A stretch of DNA of 64,000 nucleotides from Eledone cirrhosa (Eukaryota): the NCBI GenBank assembly GCA_964016885.1, contig OZ024740.1, positions 21,390,001-21,454,000 of the forward strand, written 5' to 3'. Both the position numbers and the translations under genes were made by a program. Within the stretch, counting starts at the first letter, position 1. Each line of letters opens with the position of its first letter. Positions 54,701-64,000 of this stretch are shown here, one piece after another. The notes under the pieces are model-generated. The model saw nothing but the letters and a program-made list of their open reading frames with translations. It did not search any database and was not told the DNA's origin.

Positions 54701-57700
54701 CTCTACAATTCTATCTGACGTTCTAACCACTCTACCATTCTATCTGACGTTCTAACTACTTTACCATTCTATCTGAAGTTCTAACCACACTACCATTCCA
54801 TATAACGTTCTAACTACTCTACCATTCTATCTGACGTTCTCATCAATCTACCATTCTATCTGATGTTCTAACGACTCTACCATTCTACCTGACGTTCTAA
54901 CCACTCTACCATTCTATATGACGTTCTATCCACTCTAGCATTCTATCTGACGTTCTAACCACTCTACCATTCTATCTGACGTTCTAACTACTCTACAATT
55001 CTATCTGACGTTCTAATCACTCTACCATTCTATCTGACGTTCTAACCACTCTACCATTCTACCTGACGTTATAATCATTCTACCATTCTATTTGACGTTC
55101 TAACGACTCTACCATTCTACCTGACGTTCTAACGACTCTACCATTCTACCTGACGTTCTAATCACTCTACCATTCTATCTGACGTTCTAACGACTCTACC
55201 ATTCTACCTGACGGTCTAATCACTCTACAATTTTATCTGACGTTCTAATCACTCTACCATTCTATCTGACGTTCTAACCACTCTGCCATTCTATCTGACG
55301 TTCTGATCACTCTACCATTCTATCTGACGTTCTAACCACTCTGCCATTCTATCTGAAGTTCTAATCACTCTACCATTCTATCTGACGTTCTATCCACTCT
55401 AGCATTCTATCTGACGTTCTAACCACTCTACCATTCTATCTGACGTTCTAACTACTCTACAATTCTATCTGACGTTCTAATCACTCTACCATTCTATGTG
55501 ACGTTCTAATCACTCTACCATTCTATCTGACGTTCTAACCACTCTACCATTTTATCTGACGTTCTAACCACTCTACAATTCTATCTATCATTCTAACCTC
55601 TCTACCATTCTATCTGACGTTCTAACCACTCTACCATTCTACCTGACGTTCTAATCATTCTACCATTCTGTCTGACGTTCTAACGACTCTACCATTCTAC
55701 CTGACGTTCTAACGACTCTACCATTCTACCTGACGTTCTAATCACTCTACCATTCTATCTGACGTTCTAACCACTCTACTATTTTATCTAACGTTCTAAC
55801 CCCTCTACCATTCTATCTGACGTTCTAACCACTCTACCATTCTACATGACGTTCTAATCATTTTACCATTCTATCTGACGTTCTAACGACTCTACCATTC
55901 TACCTGACGTTCTAACGACTCTACCATTCTACCTGACGTTCTAATCACTCTACCATTCTATCTGACGTTCTAACGACTCTACCATTCTACCTGACGTTCT
56001 AATCACTCTACAATTTTATCTGACGTTCTAATCACTCTACCATTCTATCTGACGTTCTAACCACTCTGCCATTCTATCTGACGTTCTGATCACTCTACCA
56101 TTCTATCTGACGTTCTACACCACTTTGCCATTCTATCTGAAGTTCTAATCACTCTACCATTCTATCTGACGTTCTAACCACTCTACCATTCTATCTGACG
56201 TTCTAACTACTTTACCATTCTATCTGACGTTCTAACCACACTACCATTCTATCTGACGTTCTAACTACTCTCATATTCTATCTGACGTTCTAATCACTCT
56301 ACCATTCCATATAACGTTCTAACTACTCTACCATTCTATCTGACGTTCTAACGACTCTACCATTCTACCTGACGTTCTAACCACTCTACCATTCTATATG
56401 ACGTTCTAACCACTCTACCATTCTATCTGACGTTCTAATCACTCTACCATTCTATCAGACGTTCTAACGACTCTACCATTCTACCTGACGTTCTAACCAC
56501 TCTACCATTCTACCTTACGTTCTAACCACTCTACCATTCTATCAGACGTTTTAATCATTCTACCATTCTATCTGACGTTCTAATCACTCTACCATTCTAT
56601 CTGACGTTCTAATCACTCTACCATTCTATCTGACGTTCTAATGACTCTACCATTCTACCTGACATTCTAACGACTCTAACATTCTATCTGACGTTCTCAC
56701 CACTCTACCATTCTATCTGACGTTCTAACCACTCTACCATTCTATCTGACATTCTAACGACTCTACCATTCTATCAGACGTTCTATCCACTCTACCATTC
56801 TATCTAACGTTCTAACCACTCTACCATTCTATCTGACGTTCCAACCACTCTACCATTCTATCTGACGTTCTAACCACTCTACCATTCCATCTGACGTTCT
56901 AACCACTCTACCATTCTATCTGACGTTCTAACCACTCTGCCATTCTATCTGACGTTCTAACCATTCTACCATTCTATCTGACGTTCTAACAACGCTACCA
57001 TTCTATCTGACGTTCTAACGACTCTACCATTCTATCTGACGTTCTAACGCCTCTACCATTCTATCAGACGTTCTAACCACTCTACCATTCTATCTGACGT
57101 TCTAACCACTCTACCATTCTATCTGACGTTCTAACCACTCTACTATTCTATCTGACGTTCTAACCACTCTGCCATTCTTTCTGACGTTCTAACGACTCTA
57201 CCATTCTACCTGACGTTCTAACGAATCTACCATTCTACCTGACGTTCTAATCACTCTACCATTCTATCTGACGTTCTAACCACTCTACTATTCTATCTAA
57301 CGTTCTAACCCCTCTACCATTCTATCTGACGTTCTAACCACTCTACCATTCTACCTGACGTTCTAATCATTTTACCATTCTATCTGACGTTCTAACGACT
57401 CTACCATTCTACCTGACGTTCTAACCACTATACCATTCTATCTGACGTTCTAACCACTCTACCATTCTATCTGACGTTCTAACCACTCTGCCATTCTATC
57501 TGACGTTCTGATAACTCTACCATTCTATCTGACGTTCTACACCACTATGCCATTCTATCTGAAGTTCTAATCACTCTACCATTCTATCTGACGTTCTAAC
57601 TACTCTACCATTCTATCTGACGTTCTAACCACTCTACCATTCTATCTAACGTTCTAACCCCTCTACCATTCTACCTGACGTTCTAACGACTCTACCATTC

Positions 57701-60700
57701 TATCTGACGTTCTAATCACTCTACAATTCTATCTGACGTTCTAACCACTCTACCATTCTATCTGACGTTCTAACTACTTTACCATTCTATCTGACGTTCT
57801 AACCACACTACCATTCTATCTGACGTTCTAACTACTCTCCCATTCTATCTGACGTTCTAATCACTCTACCATTCCATATAACGTTCTAACTACTCTACCA
57901 TTCTATCTGACGTTCTAATCAATCTACCATTCTATCTGATGTTCTAACGACTCTACCATTCTACCTGACGTTCTAACCACTCTACCATTCTATATGACGT
58001 TCTAACCACTCTACCATTCTATCTGACGTTCTAATCACTCTACCATTCTATCAGACGTTCTAACGACTCTACCATTCTACCTGACGTTCTAACCACTCTA
58101 CCATTCTACCTGACGTTATAACCACTCTACCATTCTATCAGACGTTTTAATCATTCTACCATTCTATCTGACGTTCTAATCACTCTACCATTCTATCTGA
58201 CGTTCTAATCACTCTACCATTCTATCTGACGTTCTAATGACTCTACCATTCTACCTGACATTCTAACGACTCTACCATTCTATGTGACGTTCTATCCACT
58301 CTAGCATTCTATCTGACGTTCTAACCACTCTACCATTCTACCTGACGTTCTAATCATTTTACCATTCTATCTGACGTTCTAACGACTCTACCATTCTACC
58401 TGACGTTCTAACCACTATACCATTCTATCTGACGTTCTAACCACTCTACCATTCTATCTGACGTTCTAACCACTCTGCCATTCTCTCTGACGTTCTGATA
58501 ACTCTACCATTCTATCTGACGTTCTACACCACTATGCCATTCTATCTGAAGTTCTAATCACTCTACCATTCTATCTGACGTTCTAACCACTCTACCATTC
58601 TATCTGACGTTCTAACCACTCTACCATTCTATCTAACGTTCTAACCCTTCTACCATTCTACCTGACGTTCTAACGACTCTACCATTCTACCTGACGTTCT
58701 AATCACTCTACAATTCTATCTGACGTTCTAACCACTCTACCATTCTATCTGACGTTCTAACTACTTTACCATTCTATCTGACGTTCTAACCACACTACCA
58801 TTCTATCTGACGTTCTAACTACTCTCCCATTCTATCTGACGTTCTAATCACTCTACCATTCCATATAACGTTCTAACTACTCTACCATTCTATCTGACGT
58901 TCTAATCAATCTACCATTCTATCTGATGTTCTAACGACTCTACCATTCTACCTGACGTTCTAACCACTCTACCATTCTATATGACGTTCTAACCACTCTA
59001 CCATTCTATCTGACGTTCTAATCACTCTACCATTCTATCAGACGTTCTAACGACTCTACCATTCTACCTGACGTTCTAACCACTCTACCATTCTACCTGA
59101 CGTTATAACCACTCTACCATTCTATCAGACGTTTTAATCATTCTACCATTCTATCTGACGTTCTAATCACTCTACCATTCTATCTGACGTTCTAATCACT
59201 CTACCATTCTATCTGACGTTCTAATGACTCTACCATTCTACCTGACATTCTAACGACTCTACCATTCTATGTGACGTTCTATCCACTCTAGCATTCTATC
59301 TGACGTTCTAACCACTCTACCATTCTATCTGACGTTCTAACTACTCTCCCATTCTATCTGACGTTCTAATCACTCTACCATTCCATATAACGTTCTAACT
59401 ACTCTACCATTCTATCTGACGTTCTAATCAATCTACCATTCTATCTGATGTTCTAACGACTCTACCATTCTACCTGACGTTCTAACGACTCTACCATTCT
59501 ACCTGACGTTCTAATCACTCTACCATTCTATCTGACGTTCTAATGACTCTACCATTCTACCTGACATTCTAACGACTCTACCATTCTATGTGACGTTCTA
59601 TCCACTCTAGCATTCTATCTGACGTTCTAACCACTCTACCATTCTATCTGACGTTCTAACTACTCTCCCATTCTATCTGACGTTCTAATCACTCTACCAT
59701 TCCATATAACGTTCTAACTACTCTACCATTCTATCTGACGTTCTAATCAATCTACCATTCTATCTGATGTTCTAACGACTCTACCATTCTACCTGACGTT
59801 CTAACGACTCTACCATTCTACCTGACGTTCTAATCACTCTACCATTCTATCTGACGTTCTAACGACTCTACCATTCTACCTGACGGTCTAATCACTCTAC
59901 AATTTTATCTGACGTTCTAATCACTCTACCATTCTATCTGACGTTCTAACCACTCTACCATTCTATCTGACGTTCTAACCACTCTACCATTCTATCTAAC
60001 GTTCTAACCCCTCTACCATTCTATCTGACGTTCTAATGACTCTACCATTCTATCTGACGATCTAACCACTATACCATTCTACCTGGCGTTCTAACCACTC
60101 TACCATTCTATCTGACATTCTAATGACTCTACCATTCTACCCGACGTTCTAACCACTCTACCATTCTATCTGACGTTCTAACCACTCTGCCATTTATTCT
60201 GACGTTCTAATCATTCTACCATTCTATCTGACCTTCTAGCGATTCTACCATTCTACCTGACGTTCTAACGACTCTACCATTCTACCTGACGTTCTAACCA
60301 CTCTACCATTCTATATGACGTTCTAACCACTCTACCATTCTATCTGACGTTCTAATCACTCTACCATTCTATCTGACGTTCTAACTACTTTACCATTCTA
60401 TCTGACGTTCTAACAACTCTACCATTCTATCTGACGTTCTAACTACTCTCCCATTCTATCTGACGTTCTAATCACTCTACCATTCTATCTGACGTTCTAA
60501 CGACTCTACCATTCTACCTGACGTTCTAACCACTCTACCATTCTACCTGACGTTCTAACCACTCTACCATTCTATCAGACGATTTAATCATTCTACCATT
60601 CTATCTGACGTTCTAATCACTCTACCATTCTATCTGACGTTCTAATCACTCTACCATTCTACCTGACGTTCTAACCACTCTACCATTCTATCAGACGTTT

Positions 60701-63700
60701 TAATCATTCTACCATTCTATCTGACGTTCTAATCACTCTACCATTCTATCTGACGTTCTAAGCACTCTACCATTCTGTCTGACATTCTAACGACTCTACC
60801 ATTCTATGTGACGTTTTATCCACTCTAGCATTCTATCTGACGTTCTAACTACTCTACCATTCTATCTGACGTTCTAACTACTCTACAATTCTATCTGACG
60901 TTCTAATCACTCTACCATTCTATCTGACGCTCTAACCACTCTACCATTCTACCTGACGTTCTAATCATTCTACCATTCTATTTGACGTTCTAACGACTCT
61001 ACCATTCTACCTGACGTTCTAACGACTCTACCATTCTACCTGACGCTCTAATCACTCTACCATTCTATCTGACGTTCTAACGACTCTACCATTCTACCTG
61101 ACGGTCTAATCACTCTACAATTTTATCTGACATTCTAATCACTCTACCATTCTATCTGACGTTCTAACCACTCTGCCATTCTATCTGACGTTCTGATCAC
61201 TCTACCATTCTATCTGACGTTCTAACCACTCTGCCATTCTATCTGAAGTTCTAATCACTCTACCATTCTATCTGACGTTCTAACCACTCTACCATTCTAT
61301 CTGACGTTCTAACCACTCTGCAATTCTATCTGAAGTTCTAATCACTCTACCATTCTATCTAACGTTCTAACCCCTCTACCATTCTATCTGACGTTCTAAT
61401 GACTCTACCATTCTACCTGACGTTCTAACCAATCTACCATTCTACCTGGCGTTCTAACCACTCTACCATTCTATCTGACGTTCTAATGACTCTACCATTC
61501 TACCCGACGTTCTAACCACTCTACCGTTCTATCTGACTTTCTAACCACTCTACTATTCTATCTGACGCTCTAACCACTCTACCATTCTATCTGACGTTCT
61601 AACCACTCTGCCATTCTATCTGACGTTCTAACCATCCTACCATTCTATATGACGTTCTAACCACTCTACCATTCTATCTGACGTTCTAACCACTCTACCA
61701 TTCCATATAACGTTCTAACTACTCTACCATTCTATCTGACGTTCTAATCAATCTACCATTCTATCTGATGTTCTAACGACTCTACCATTCTACCTGACGT
61801 TCTAACCACTCTACCATTCTATATGACGTTCTAACCACTCTACCATTCTATCTGACGTTCTAATCACTCTACCATTCTATCAGACGTTCTAACGACTCTA
61901 CCATTCTACCTGACGTTCTAACCACTCTACCATTCTACCTGACGTTATAACCACTCTACCATTCTATCAGACGTTTTAATCATTCTACCATTCTATCTGA
62001 CGTTCTAATCACTCTACCATTCTATCTGACGTTCTAATCACTCTACCATTCTATCTGACGTTCTAATGACTCTACCATTCTACCTGACATTCTAACGACT
62101 CTACCATTCTATGTGACGTTCTATCCACTCTAGCATTCTATCTGACGTTCTAACCACTCTACCATTCTACCTGACGTTCTAATCATTTTACCATTCTATC
62201 TGACGTTCTAACGACTCTACCATTCTACCTGACGTTCTAACCACTATACCATTCTATCTGACGTTCTAACCACTCTACCATTCTATCTGACGTTCTAACC
62301 ACTCTGCCATTCTCTCTGACGTTCTGATAACTCTACCATTCTATCTGACGTTCTACACCACTATGCCATTCTATCTGAAGTTCTAATCACTCTACCATTC
62401 TATCTGACGTTCTAACCACTCTACCATTCTATCTGACGTTCTAACCACTCTACCATTCTATCTAACGTTCTAACCCTTCTACCATTCTACCTGACGTTCT
62501 AACGACTCTACCATTCTACCTGACGTTCTAATCACTCTACAATTCTATCTGACGTTCTAACCACTCTACCATTCTATCTGACGTTCTAACTACTTTACCA
62601 TTCTATCTGACGTTCTAACCACACTACCATTCTATCTGACGTTCTAACTACTCTCCCATTCTATCTGACGTTCTAATCACTCTACCATTCCATATAACGT
62701 TCTAACTACTCTACCATTCTATCTGACGTTCTAATCAATCTACCATTCTATCTGATGTTCTAACGACTCTACCATTCTACCTGACGTTCTAACCACTCTA
62801 CCATTCTATATGACGTTCTAACCACTCTACCATTCTATCTGACGTTCTAATCACTCTACCATTCTATCAGACGTTCTAACGACTCTACCATTCTACCTGA
62901 CGTTCTAACCACTCTACCATTCTACCTGACGTTATAACCACTCTACCATTCTATCAGACGTTTTAATCATTCTACCATTCTATCTGACGTTCTAATCACT
63001 CTACCATTCTATCTGACGTTCTAATCACTCTACCATTCTATCTGACGTTCTAATGACTCTACCATTCTACCTGACATTCTAACGACTCTACCATTCTATG
63101 TGACGTTCTATCCACTCTAGCATTCTATCTGACGTTCTAACCACTCTACCATTCTATCTGACGTTCTAACTACTCTCCCATTCTATCTGACGTTCTAATC
63201 ACTCTACCATTCCATATAACGTTCTAACTACTCTACCATTCTATCTGACGTTCTAATCAATCTACCATTCTATCTGATGTTCTAACGACTCTACCATTCT
63301 ACCTGACGTTCTAACGACTCTACCATTCTACCTGACGTTCTAATCACTCTACCATTCTATCTGACGTTCTAATGACTCTACCATTCTACCTGACATTCTA
63401 ACGACTCTACCATTCTATGTGACGTTCTATCCACTCTAGCATTCTATCTGACGTTCTAACCACTCTACCATTCTATCTGACGTTCTAACTACTCTCCCAT
63501 TCTATCTGACGTTCTAATCACTCTACCATTCCATATAACGTTCTAACTACTCTACCATTCTATCTGACGTTCTAATCAATCTACCATTCTATCTGATGTT
63601 CTAACGACTCTACCATTCTACCTGACGTTCTAACGACTCTACCATTCTACCTGACGTTCTAATCACTCTACCATTCTATCTGACGTTCTAACGACTCTAC

Positions 63701-64000
63701 CAATCTACCTGACGGTCTAATCACTCTACAATTTTATCTGACGTTCTAATCACTCTACCATTCTATCTGACGTTCTAACCACTCTACCATTCTATCTGAC
63801 GTTCTAACCACTCTACCATTCTATCTAACGTTCTAACCCCTCTACCATTCTATCTGACGTTCTAATGACTCTACCATTCTATCTGACGATCTAACCACTA
63901 TACCATTCTACCTGGCGTTCTAACCACTCTACCATTCTATCTGACATTCTAATGACTCTACCATTCTACCCGACGTTCTAACCACTCTACCATTCTATCT
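15745..64000. repeat. 29-bp satellite array, consensus TATCTGACGTTCTAACCACTCTACCATTC, roughly 1660 monomers, open at the right edge
   Basis: Period 29 (ACGTT at 15751, 15780, ...). One orientation, rare 28/30-bp variants, no non-satellite insert seen. Copy number estimated as length/29. Confidence 0.99.

Noticed and set aside
15745-64000. CRISPR array (29-bp repeats)
   Set aside because: Repeats are contiguous with no unique spacers, there are no cas genes, and the context is eukaryotic.
15745-64000. Coding tandem repeat or telomeric repeat
   Set aside because: The unit is not a multiple of 3, stops recur in all frames, the track shows no ORFs, and there are no TTAGGG tracts.

Overview
Eukaryotic, AT-rich, microsatellite-rich DNA; the SINE type suggests an octopus or other mollusc host (inference). 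There are three zones. (1) 1-9840: a nest of Penelope-like retroelement (PLE) insertions in (TA)n tracts. It holds one long uninterrupted but probably 5'-truncated RT + GIY-YIG ORF (893-4234) and several short non-coding PLE pLTR/retrozyme-like units. I read type I hammerhead ribozyme (HHR) motifs of at least five unrelated sequence types here, mostly as head-to-head fold-back inverted duplications. (2) 9840-15740: old repeats, namely tRNA-derived SINEs, an RTE LINE 3' end, a possible Helitron end, a possible MITE and a 13-bp AT-rich minisatellite. (3) 15745-64000: a 48-kb array of a 29-bp satellite with higher-order structure. Its monomer is the Pol III A-box segment of the minus-strand SINE that it adjoins. 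No host gene is supported. All short ORFs in the track are microsatellite or antisense artefacts. All alignments and folds were done by eye.
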